24,268 nt of DNA, from the IMG/VR virus record IMGVR_UViG_3300010376_000127, positions 1 to 24,268 of that record. One strand, written 5' to 3'. Origin of the DNA: a virus (taxonomy: Duplodnaviria; Caudoviricetes). The notes under the pieces were generated by a model that made no database searches, had not been told where the DNA came from, and saw only the letters and a program-made list of their open reading frames with translations. The position numbers and the translations under genes were made by a program. The stretch's first letter is position 1, and each line of letters opens with the position of its first letter. This document shows positions 16,242 through 24,162 of this stretch, in pieces.

Positions 16242-17509
16242 GCGGTGGCTTCCTCCTTCTGCTTGGTCTGCTCCTGCATGATCACGTTGACCGCGCTGCG
16301 CAGCTGCTGACCGATGAGCTTCCAACGAAATTCAGGCTGTTGAACCAGCTTCAGCCCCTTCTCGCGCACCTGTTCGCGGAACTTCGTATTGCGATACATC
16401 TGTTCCAACTCTGCAACGAACAGCTTCTCATCCGGCACGCCACCGACCGTGTTCAAGAAGGGCACAACCGTGTTGATGGCCGTCGCCGTGCACGGCACCA
16501 GCCTTGCTGCAGGCTTGGCCCACTCTCCCAGGCCAGACCAATCGCCGACGATCTGAGGGATGCCACAGGCCATGCCTTCGATCGTCGTCAGGCCAAAGCC
16601 TTCGCCTTGTCCAGTGTTGACCTGCACGTCGAAGGCGTTGTACGTGTCCCTCATCCTGTCTTCGCTGACGCCATAGACCATCGGCGGCTCATAGTAGGCT
16701 AACCTTCCTTGCACGCCGTAGTAAGTGGCCAGCTGTACGACGTCGATGCCGGAGTCTCCTGTTGGCGCAACATGAAGCATGATGTAAGCGTCCTTCAACG
16801 GACCGCTGTGCGCCCATTTGGCAAAGTAACGCATCGTCAGGTCCCAACGCTTACGAGGCTGGTTGCGGTTGACGTTGCCAACGATGAAGGAGGCGTCAAG
16901 AGTTGGGGGCAGCCCCAAGCGGCGGCGTGCTTGCACCTTGTCGACAGGATGATAGATGGACAGGTCAACGCCCAAAGGAATGACGCAACCCGGCTGCTCA
17001 AAACCTCCCTTCCTTGCTTCGTCCAGAGCGAAGCGCGTCCAGAACACGGCCAGCTGCAGACCGTTGAGGGCATGGCCCATGCAGTTCTCAGCATCGACTG
17101 CAATGACGCCGACGCGTGGTACGTTGCCGTACAGGCCTTTGTCCCACGACTCCAGGGCTTTGACGTACGGTGGAATGTCCCACGGATCGTTTTGAATGAT
17201 GATGACGTCTGGGCCGCTCCATTGCTCCTTCGGCACAGGCACGCGACGGGCTCCAACCTGCACGGTGGACCTGACAAGGTCGCACATCTGTCCGATGCGG
17301 TTGACGCCGAAGGCATCTCCAGCAGCAATCGCCACGTACATCGGATAGGGCCACGTGTGGGGATCGCCGAAGTAGTTCAGGCCGAGCACCGTGATGTCGT
17401 AATCTTCCTTGAGGGCATCAAGGTAGCAATGCGAAGCCTTAGCGAAGCCTGTTGACGCGCAAGCATCGCCGACGAACAGCAGCTTGGGCTTACGAGTGAC
17501 CAGATCCAT
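16238..17509 (-). CDS. Glycosyltransferase, GT4 family (GT-B fold), 423 aa
   Basis: N-terminal LLFVGDA..STGFA, IPLGVD, NVNRNQPRKRWD, and EX7E motif EGFGLTTIEGMACGIPQI. Confidence 0.92.
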   Translation of the reverse strand: MDLVTRKPKLLFVGDACASTGFAKASHCYLDALKEDYDITVLGLNYFGDPHTWPYPMYVAIAAGDAFGVNRIGQMCDLVRSTVQVGARRVPVPKEQWSGPDVIIIQNDPWDIPPYVKALESWDKGLYGNVPRVGVIAVDAENCMGHALNGLQLAVFWTRFALDEARKGGFEQPGCVIPLGVDLSIYHPVDKVQARRRLGLPPTLDASFIVGNVNRNQPRKRWDLTMRYFAKWAHSGPLKDAYIMLHVAPTGDSGIDVVQLATYYGVQGRLAYYEPPMVYGVSEDRMRDTYNAFDVQVNTGQGEGFGLTTIEGMACGIPQIVGDWSGLGEWAKPAARLVPCTATAINTVVPFLNTVGGVPDEKLFVAELEQMYRNTKFREQVREKGLKLVQQPEFRWKLIGQQLRSAVNVIMQEQTKQKEEATA

Positions 17510-17511
17510 GA

Positions 17512-18204
17512 TTACAGCTCCCTCGGCGTGGTCAGCGTTTCATGGAAAGGTTCGCCGCCCCATTTTTTGAAGTAGTTCGCGCGTGCAGTGCGAAAGCGCG
17601 TGTGGTGCTCGTCCATCTCTGCCTGCGTATACTTCTTCATCGTCTGACTGCCGCCATGATAGTGCAGCACGTGCGCGCCCTTCGCGACTGTCTGCGGAAT
17701 GCCTGCCAACCCAAGCCGGCGAATGAAGTCCGTATCCTCAAAGTAGAGGAAGTTCGGCGAAATCTTCTCGTCAAAGAAGCCGATCTTGTCAGTGCAGCCC
17801 TTCCGGATCATGCAGCAGGCAGCAGGATTCAAGATGCCGCACTCGACGCCATCGATGAGGCAGGACTTCGGTTCAGGAATGACGAAGTCTCCTGGCGTTT
17901 CGCTCAGGATGCGCAGGGCATCAGGCAGGAAGGTTACGTCGTCGCCGCAACCAACTTTGTCATCCGGCAGCCTCTTGAGCAGCCAGTTCGCGCCGAAGGC
18001 GCAACCGGCATCCTCCAGGGTTACAACTTCTAACGGAATGCCGTCCAGCGCAGCTGCGTGCGCTTCGATCTTGTCAGGGGCATAGCCGTGATCGATGACG
18101 TAGACGGCGTCAGGGCGTTTTGTGCTCTCTGCACAAGAGACGAACAGCCGCCTCAACAGATCATGCCGGTTGAAGACCATCGTCGTTACAAACAAAGGCG
18201 TCAT
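17512..18204 (-). CDS. Glycosyltransferase, GT2 family (GT-A fold), 230 aa
   Basis: VTTMVFNRHDLLRRL, VYVIDHG, GDDVTF, GFFDEKI...YFEDTDFIRRL, HYHGGSQT; SD AAGGAG. Confidence 0.88.
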   Translation of the reverse strand: MTPLFVTTMVFNRHDLLRRLFVSCAESTKRPDAVYVIDHGYAPDKIEAHAAALDGIPLEVVTLEDAGCAFGANWLLKRLPDDKVGCGDDVTFLPDALRILSETPGDFVIPEPKSCLIDGVECGILNPAACCMIRKGCTDKIGFFDEKISPNFLYFEDTDFIRRLGLAGIPQTVAKGAHVLHYHGGSQTMKKYTQAEMDEHHTRFRTARANYFKKWGGEPFHETLTTPREL

Positions 18205-18218
18205 GCTGCTGCTGCTCC

Positions 18219-18602
18219 TTATCCGAGCATCACTTGCGTCGCTACAGGTTCCAACGTGCCCGGGTCGTTAAAGCCCATAATGTCAAGGATCGGTCCTGTT
18301 TCTCCATTCGGCAACGTGATACGGTCTGCCGTCCTGATGCCATGCCCTTTCGTAGCTTGGTTCAGCGTCTGCGCATCCAAGAACATCACGCTTGAACGGC
18401 AGGCCGTCAGGATGCCTTCCCTTGTCCTGACCATGCGCGACGTGTAGTCGACGATGGCTGGCAGGAAGAGCGGAAGGTCAAACGTCCGGGTGCCTGAGCC
18501 GTCGATGCCGTTCTCACGCTCATATTTTACGGTCGTCTGCAAGGGCTTCGTCACCTTGTCAGCAACCTTTACGCCAGCCCTGACTACGTCAAGAAGGCTC
18601 AT
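18219..18602 (-). CDS. Head closure (head-tail joining/stopper) protein, 127 aa
   Basis: Follows the adaptor; beta-rich with GIDGSG turn and IRTADRITLPNG, typical of SPP1 gp16-like stoppers. Confidence 0.65.
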   Translation of the reverse strand: MSLLDVVRAGVKVADKVTKPLQTTVKYERENGIDGSGTRTFDLPLFLPAIVDYTSRMVRTREGILTACRSSVMFLDAQTLNQATKGHGIRTADRITLPNGETGPILDIMGFNDPGTLEPVATQVMLG

Positions 18603-18605
18603 CGA

Positions 18606-19460
18606 TTACATTCCGTTGAATTCTTCGTCGAAGTTACGGTCCCACCAGAACGAAGGATTCTGCGACGCCACTTCGAACACGGCAGGATTGGCCAGCACGT
18701 AACGTTCCTGAGACAGCCATCCGATCGGCATAAGGTTCATCACCATGTCAGGCAGCACCTGCGGGACGATATTGTTCTTGAAGTTTACCGAGACGCTGCC
18801 TGCGCGAACAGCCGTGATGCCTTGCACGATGACGTCGTTGTCCAAGGTGCGGTCGCCGTTGGCCAGCTGTCCGGCCAGCTCTGCCGTCGCCCATTTGAGG
18901 GGCAGAGGATTGCAGAACATCTGCCCCTGCGTGCCTGCAGTCGTGTTCGCGACGGTCACCGTGAAGGTGGTCGACGTCGGCACGGCTAAGATGATCTGGT
19001 CACCATTCGTCGTGGCATCAGCATTGGAGTTGGCGATCAGCACCTGTTCGCCAATGACGCGGTTGTGCGGAACGTTCGTCGTGAAGGTGACGACGCCAGC
19101 AACCGCTATCGAGATGCCCAGGAGCTGGAAGTCCAGCGGGTTGCCATTTTGATCGTGCAGCCCGACGCGTGGCCATGCCAACCTCTGCGTGTTCGTGGCA
19201 GCTAAGCCCATCCAACGGCGACGAATCCTGTAGTAGGCAGGCGCGCCGCTCTGAGGGGGGACCAACGTCGCGAAGGGCTGGGCCAACGCGTCGAGTACGC
19301 GCGTGGCCATACCCAACATGACGTCCTGCCCTGCAGGGGGAGCCAACCATCCCGGCAGGCTCAGGCTCATGCGCGAGTCAAAGTAGGCCTGCGCTTCAGC
19401 GACGGTGCAGTAGGAATTCGCCGCCGAACCGCCGACCGTTGCGTCAAGAGAAAAGCTCAT
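18606..19460 (-). CDS. Head-tail adaptor (family often annotated DnaT-like) with an inserted beta-domain, 284 aa
   Basis: ANSYCTVAEAQAYF, ATRVLD, W.G....TQRLAWPR, P.PLKWATAELA, AGSVSVNF; residues ~111-182 form an extra FCCH-like domain. Confidence 0.8.
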   Translation of the reverse strand: MSFSLDATVGGSAANSYCTVAEAQAYFDSRMSLSLPGWLAPPAGQDVMLGMATRVLDALAQPFATLVPPQSGAPAYYRIRRRWMGLAATNTQRLAWPRVGLHDQNGNPLDFQLLGISIAVAGVVTFTTNVPHNRVIGEQVLIANSNADATTNGDQIILAVPTSTTFTVTVANTTAGTQGQMFCNPLPLKWATAELAGQLANGDRTLDNDVIVQGITAVRAGSVSVNFKNNIVPQVLPDMVMNLMPIGWLSQERYVLANPAVFEVASQNPSFWWDRNFDEEFNGM

Positions 19461-19822
19461 GCTGCCGTCGCCTTCTGCGGATACCAGTTGCCCCAGGCAG
19501 CAACCGTCTCCGGAAACGAAGTGATCTTCCAGCTGTAGCGCCAGGGCGCAGACTTAAGGGCGTTCATCTGCGTCGCCGTCACCACAGCCTGAGCGCGCTG
19601 CGTGTTCAAGCTGCGCACAGGGTTGAAAACGCCCACGATCGCGGCTGTGATGGTGAAGAAGGCAGATGATGAAAAGTCAGATGCCCTTGCGTCGAACACG
19701 ATCGTCATGCTGGCCATGTTGACCGGGAAAGTGTTCGTCGGATCCAGCAGTTCAAGCTGGAACGTCTTGTCCTCCCCGATGAACAAGGACCCGTCGCCGC
19801 CGATGTCGACGTTGTTCGCCAT
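19457..19822 (-). CDS. Small beta-sandwich virion protein (BppU-N / p132-like fibre anchor), 121 aa
   Basis: Pattern IGEDKTFQLELLD....PVNMASMTIVF...WRYSWKIT...AWGNW typical of phage fibre-anchoring beta-sandwich domains; coupled to both neighbours. Confidence 0.55.
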   Translation of the reverse strand: MANNVDIGGDGSLFIGEDKTFQLELLDPTNTFPVNMASMTIVFDARASDFSSSAFFTITAAIVGVFNPVRSLNTQRAQAVVTATQMNALKSAPWRYSWKITSFPETVAAWGNWYPQKATAA

Positions 19823-21762
19823 CAGATCAAGTCTCCTGTCGTCGAAATGATCGGTACGTAAGTGCCTGTGGTCATCACTGTCGCGTCATAGCTGCCTGTA
19901 ATCAAGACGATCGGCGGCACGCCCACGTTGACTGCATCATGCACGTGCAACAATTCGTCGAAGCCAGAAGCCAGCAGCGGCGTGATGGATGCCTGCACGC
20001 TGTCTGCCAGCTTGGCAGCCTCAGCTCCTGCTGCTTGAACGGGCGTGATGAGGGCTGCAGCTTGCTCTGACAGATGCCCAAGCTCGTCGAAGCCTGAAGC
20101 TTGCTCAGGGTCAAGGACGGCCTGGACAAGGTCGGCCAGCTTGCCAGCCTCCTGCCCAAAGACAGCCGCCCCTCCGCTGGCCTGGACGGAGTCTGCAACC
20201 TTCAGGGACTCTGCCGGGCTGGCCTGCAGGGGGTCCAGGGTTGGTCCTGTGACGGAGTCTGCCAGATGGCCCAGCTCGTCGAAGCCTGACGCCAGCAGCG
20301 GCGTGACCTGCGCGGTCAGCGCGGCATCTGACAGATGGCCAAGCTCGTCAAAGCCTGACGTCTGCTCAGGATCAAGCGTCGGCCCCTGGACAGCATCAGC
20401 AACCTTCAGCGACTCTGCGACGTTCGCGACCAGCTGGTTGCCTGCTGCAACGGTATCCTGCACGTGCAGCAGTTCAGAGACGTTCGTCGACAGGTCAGTG
20501 GTCGGCGTGTCTTGGACGTGCAGGAGTTCGTCAAAGCCTGAAGCAGCCAGCCACAGCGCCGCCATGACCATGTCCTGCACGTGCAACGTTTCAGACAGCA
20601 GAGGCGGCAGCTCAGGGTCCAGCGTCGGTGTCGCCGTATCCTGCAGATGGCCCAGTTCGTCGAAGCCTGATGCGTTCTCAGGATTGATCGACGGCGTGAC
20701 GGTGTCCTGCAGATGGCCCAGTTCGTCGAAGCCTGAGGCTTGCTCAGGATTCAACAGCGTCGTGACGCTGTCTGCCAGATGGCCCAGTTCGTCGAAGCCT
20801 GACGTCTGTTCAGGATTCAACAGAACCGTTGGCGTGTCCTGGACGTGCAGCAGTTCGTCGAACCCGCTGGTCTGCTCTGGATTGAGCAGGGCCGTCACCG
20901 TATCGGCAAGCTTCAGGTTCTCTTGCGCGACAGCGACTGACAGGTCTCCGCCGCCGCTCATCGACGCGGTGATGGTGTCTTGAACGTGGAGCAGTTCGTC
21001 GAATCCTGAGGTTTGCTCAGGATTGATCGACGGCGTAGCAGTATCTTGAACGTGGAGGAGTTCGTCAAAGCCAGACGTCTGCTCTGGGTTGACGAAGACC
21101 GTCGCCGTGTCTTGGACGTGCAACAGCTCGTCGAACCCTGACGTGTTCTCTGGGTTGATACTAGCCGTAACAGTGTCAGCCAGCTTGACGTATTCGTCAG
21201 AGATACCTAACTCAACGAAACCTCCATCACCAACAACTAGAGCCTCATCGAAGCCAGCAGCTAAGAGCAGTGACATCTGCGCTGTCTGCGTGTCTTGAAC
21301 ATGCAGAAGCTCGTCGAATCCAGACGCGCTCAGATCAGAGCCGCTGCTGATCGATGCTGTGACCGTGTCAGCGATCTTTAAATATGCTCCAGGCCCGTAC
21401 AGATCGACTTGGCCCCATTCGGCCAGCCGCGGCACTTCCTGTAGCAGCCCGGTATCGAGGTCTCGAAGGACCGTCAGCGATTCGGAGATTTTGACGTGCG
21501 CTTCGTAATTGCCAGCCTCCAGCTGATTCTGCGAAGCGACGAATCGAGTGGCACCATAGACGCGGTCGCGCGGGCGGCAACCTTCGTCAGGAGCCTGCAC
21601 CGACAAGTTCGGCGGAGGATTCAGGGCAGCCGTGACGGTGTCCTGAACGTGGAGCGGATTCTCCATCACGCCGAACGACACGGCAACGCCCAAGGCTGCG
21701 CCCAGGACGAAGTCCAGGACGCGCTTGCCTTCTGGGTTCACCGTGACGGAGAGATCAGGCAT
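19822..21762 (-). CDS. Acidic tandem-repeat protein, putative virion fibre/scaffold, 646 aa
   Basis: 13 exact SGFDEL copies plus about 10 variant E-x-x-[HK]-[VL]-x-D units, core period 22 aa; ends in three 10-residue-spaced TG[ST]Y/TGDL motifs. Confidence 0.75.
   Translation of the reverse strand: MPDLSVTVNPEGKRVLDFVLGAALGVAVSFGVMENPLHVQDTVTAALNPPPNLSVQAPDEGCRPRDRVYGATRFVASQNQLEAGNYEAHVKISESLTVLRDLDTGLLQEVPRLAEWGQVDLYGPGAYLKIADTVTASISSGSDLSASGFDELLHVQDTQTAQMSLLLAAGFDEALVVGDGGFVELGISDEYVKLADTVTASINPENTSGFDELLHVQDTATVFVNPEQTSGFDELLHVQDTATPSINPEQTSGFDELLHVQDTITASMSGGGDLSVAVAQENLKLADTVTALLNPEQTSGFDELLHVQDTPTVLLNPEQTSGFDELGHLADSVTTLLNPEQASGFDELGHLQDTVTPSINPENASGFDELGHLQDTATPTLDPELPPLLSETLHVQDMVMAALWLAASGFDELLHVQDTPTTDLSTNVSELLHVQDTVAAGNQLVANVAESLKVADAVQGPTLDPEQTSGFDELGHLSDAALTAQVTPLLASGFDELGHLADSVTGPTLDPLQASPAESLKVADSVQASGGAAVFGQEAGKLADLVQAVLDPEQASGFDELGHLSEQAAALITPVQAAGAEAAKLADSVQASITPLLASGFDELLHVHDAVNVGVPPIVLITGSYDATVMTTGTYVPIISTTGDLI
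19936..21324. repeat. Coding tandem repeat array, ~66-bp unit
   Basis: For example TCCTGCAGATGGCCCAGTTCGTCGAAGCCTGA is identical at 20639-20670 and 20705-20736, with a 27-nt match at 20776-20802; other copies differ mainly at synonymous sites. Confidence 0.9.
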
Positions 21763-21963
21763 TTACGCTGTCGGATCCAAGCTGGCTATCCAGCGCTCAA
21801 GGTCCATCAAAGCTGACGCATCAGCATCCTTCGGAAACGTGTTCTCGACGCGCTCATAAGCCGCGCGCACAAGACGAATCTTCTCGCGGCTGACGGCAAC
21901 CTTATCTTCGTCAACCAGCTGCACGTGCAACTCTTCAACGATGCCGAGTTGCCCTTCGTTCAC
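21763..21963 (-). CDS. Hypothetical protein, 66 aa
   Basis: GTG 21963 with SD GGAGG, GTGA overlap with upstream stop, own stop abuts next ATG; MNEGQLGIVEELHVQLVDEDK... Confidence 0.65.
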   Translation of the reverse strand: MNEGQLGIVEELHVQLVDEDKVAVSREKIRLVRAAYERVENTFPKDADASALMDLERWIASLDPTA

Positions 21964-22739
21964 CGCAGTCCTCCCTGAATAGGACTTGAACCGGTTTGCG
22001 GTTCCCCAGGAAAGGCATTCAAGTCTGGACCCCCGGCCGCAGCCAGCTTGTAGACAAGCACGCCCATGCAATAGTTGGCAGAACCCGCTCCGAACGTAAA
22101 CTCCGCCCGCGCCGTCGATCCTGACGCCCCCGAATCGGCATCTTCGATGGCCGTTTCCGAATTTCCGTTGGCGTCGTTTTTGATGAAGTTCGAGTACGTG
22201 GTATCAACGGTGCCAGCAGTGTAGGTCAACGTGTTGCCAGCATCCGACCCAGCCCCGATCTTCAGTTCATTCGCGCCTGTCGTCGTGCCTGACGTGGTTC
22301 CGGAGTCGGCAGTAAAACTATTCGAGCCAGAGGAAAACTTCGAGATGTCAACGGCGGCGCCAGCGCCAGTCGCCGTGCTTAGCCCGCTATAGGTGCCGAC
22401 AGAAATTCCCGCGCCAGGCGTCCCCTGCGATCCCGAATACGAAATCGCCACGGTGAGGTTGTTTACGGCCGAGCCGTTCGCCACGCAACTCCACACGCTC
22501 AATTCTTCGAAATAGCCAAAGCCGGCAGGCTGAATAGATCCGTCTTTCGTCCACGCGTTCCCTGCGCTGTCCGTGATACCCGTGACAGTCGGCTGTGAAC
22601 CGCCGCTGTTCACGTCAACGACGGCAATGACCCGTTCATTGGCATTCGGCGTGGCGCCGAGGTTGCCAGCATTCCAGCTCGTGCCTGGACCAGCAACGTT
22701 AGCGCCGAGCGTCGCGCCGCTATGACGAGCCCATGCCAT
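21960..22739 (-). CDS. Gly/Ser/Thr-rich all-beta virion protein (putative fibre tip/adhesin), 259 aa
   Basis: Two-half beta-sandwich pattern with VTGITDSAGNAWTK and SVWSC motifs seen in phage structural proteins; position among fibre genes. Confidence 0.55.
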   Translation of the reverse strand: MAWARHSGATLGANVAGPGTSWNAGNLGATPNANERVIAVVDVNSGGSQPTVTGITDSAGNAWTKDGSIQPAGFGYFEELSVWSCVANGSAVNNLTVAISYSGSQGTPGAGISVGTYSGLSTATGAGAAVDISKFSSGSNSFTADSGTTSGTTTGANELKIGAGSDAGNTLTYTAGTVDTTYSNFIKNDANGNSETAIEDADSGASGSTARAEFTFGAGSANYCMGVLVYKLAAAGGPDLNAFPGEPQTGSSPIQGGLR

Positions 22740-22743
22740 GAAA

Positions 22744-24162
22744 TTAGGCGTCCAACATCAGCAACCAGTCCGCATCACCTGCGCTGTTATTGCCAGGGGT
22801 GGTAAAGGCATGCGTGCCAGCATTAGAGAGTCCAGTCGCATCAGCCGTGTAGGTTGCATTCGTCGGATCCCACCAGCGCGATCGTGTGGCTCCGCGCATC
22901 TTCGTCATGTCGATCGTGATCGATCCGGTATGTCCTGGTGGAACATAGGCCACTAACCTCGCCCCGTCAACGGTGGCTGCAGCAGCGACATAATCACTGG
23001 AGTCTATCGTGCCGCCTCCAGCAGTTACGATCGTACCCATGTTGCCAAGACCCTGCGGCACAAGATAGTGCCACGGCAGTGCGCGCATGAACGCATTCTG
23101 CCTCTGAAGGTCTAACTGCGCCTGCGTGCTAAGGTGAGATTGCCATCCGCTCTGCATTTGCCAGATGTAGCAATTGCCCGCTATATATCCGCCAATCCCT
23201 CCAAGCCAGCCCCAGTAGACGTAGCGACGAACTGGCTGCGTAGACGCCGGATTCGTATTCTGTCCATCGGGCCCCTCTTCATCGTACGGCTCTTCTAACA
23301 AATATCCCGGAATGCCGCCATGGCTATACGTGCCTCGGCCCTTGCTAGCAGTCTCACCTTCGTACGAGTAGGCACCATTGAGAGAGATCGTCGAGCCGAG
23401 CGTCCCTGGCAGGTCCGTCGCGATGCATGGCGTTCCGCCTTCCGCGCTGATCAAGACAGACTGCTGTCCGCCGACGCTCGTTAAACCGTCAAGTAACGCC
23501 TGCACGATGCTCTGATCCGATCCAGTAAACGGCGTCGTGCCGCACCCGTAATCACCAGCGATCATCCAGACGATGTTTTTTTGGCTCTTGTAGCGCGTCG
23601 CAATCCACGCGCCGTATGTGGTCATCTTCGTCGCGCCATTCGCTCTCATTTCAGCCATCCACCCTTGCGTCCCGCCGTTGTAGCCGCAATAGGCCGGAAA
23701 CAAGAACGCTAAGATGCCGTTCGCTAACGCATCATTGAGTAGCGCATCAACGAACAACCAGTACGTTTCGTTCGGCTGCGTAAAATCAGGAGCCTCATTG
23801 TTGATGTTCGAATATGTCAGCGAGCCGGTGTACGAACCTCCATCGAGTCGCTTGCTGAACGGCACGTCCCCATTGCCGTCGAACGGCACGTTGACACCGC
23901 TACTGTGGCGCCACGGAATGGCCACTTCAATCGCATTAAATCCTTTGGAGTAGGCATCAGATAACTGTGTCGCTCTGTCCGCTGCAGATATTCCCACGAG
24001 CGCCCACAATGCGCGACCTTGAACAGGAAATGGCTGTCCGTTAGCATCAACCAGTACGCGGCTATCGCCGCTGTAACTGACTGGAAAGCGCACGCGTGAT
24101 CCAATAGGACTGCGACCGAGAGCGCCGAGGCGACAGTAGAGATCAGCCACGGCTACAGCCAT
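22744..24162 (-). CDS. DUF4038 / GH140 (apiosidase-like) glycoside hydrolase with C-terminal 'collagen-binding'-type beta domain, 472 aa
   Basis: True start MAVAVAD at 24162 (TAATG overlap); RVLVDANGQPF..G..LW, KGFNAI, PNETYW..VD, RYKSQKNIVWMIAGDY, LLEEPYDEE, then VAYVP....ITIDMT..ATRSRWWDPTN...DWLLML. Confidence 0.8.
   Translation of the reverse strand: MAVAVADLYCRLGALGRSPIGSRVRFPVSYSGDSRVLVDANGQPFPVQGRALWALVGISAADRATQLSDAYSKGFNAIEVAIPWRHSSGVNVPFDGNGDVPFSKRLDGGSYTGSLTYSNINNEAPDFTQPNETYWLFVDALLNDALANGILAFLFPAYCGYNGGTQGWMAEMRANGATKMTTYGAWIATRYKSQKNIVWMIAGDYGCGTTPFTGSDQSIVQALLDGLTSVGGQQSVLISAEGGTPCIATDLPGTLGSTISLNGAYSYEGETASKGRGTYSHGGIPGYLLEEPYDEEGPDGQNTNPASTQPVRRYVYWGWLGGIGGYIAGNCYIWQMQSGWQSHLSTQAQLDLQRQNAFMRALPWHYLVPQGLGNMGTIVTAGGGTIDSSDYVAAAATVDGARLVAYVPPGHTGSITIDMTKMRGATRSRWWDPTNATYTADATGLSNAGTHAFTTPGNNSAGDADWLLMLDA

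Noticed and set aside
18606-19460. DnaT-like ssDNA-binding/replication protein
   Set aside because: That family label is common for these proteins, but position before the head closure gene indicates a head-tail adaptor.
19936-21324. Regularly spaced ~30-nt repeats with ~66-bp period suggesting a CRISPR array
   Set aside because: Repeats are in frame, vary at synonymous positions, the intervening sequences are themselves related, and no cas genes are present; it is a protein repeat.
22744-23000. Collagen-binding function implying an animal-associated target
   Set aside because: This domain name is a database label for the usual C-terminal beta domain of DUF4038/GH140 proteins and gives no evidence of collagen binding.
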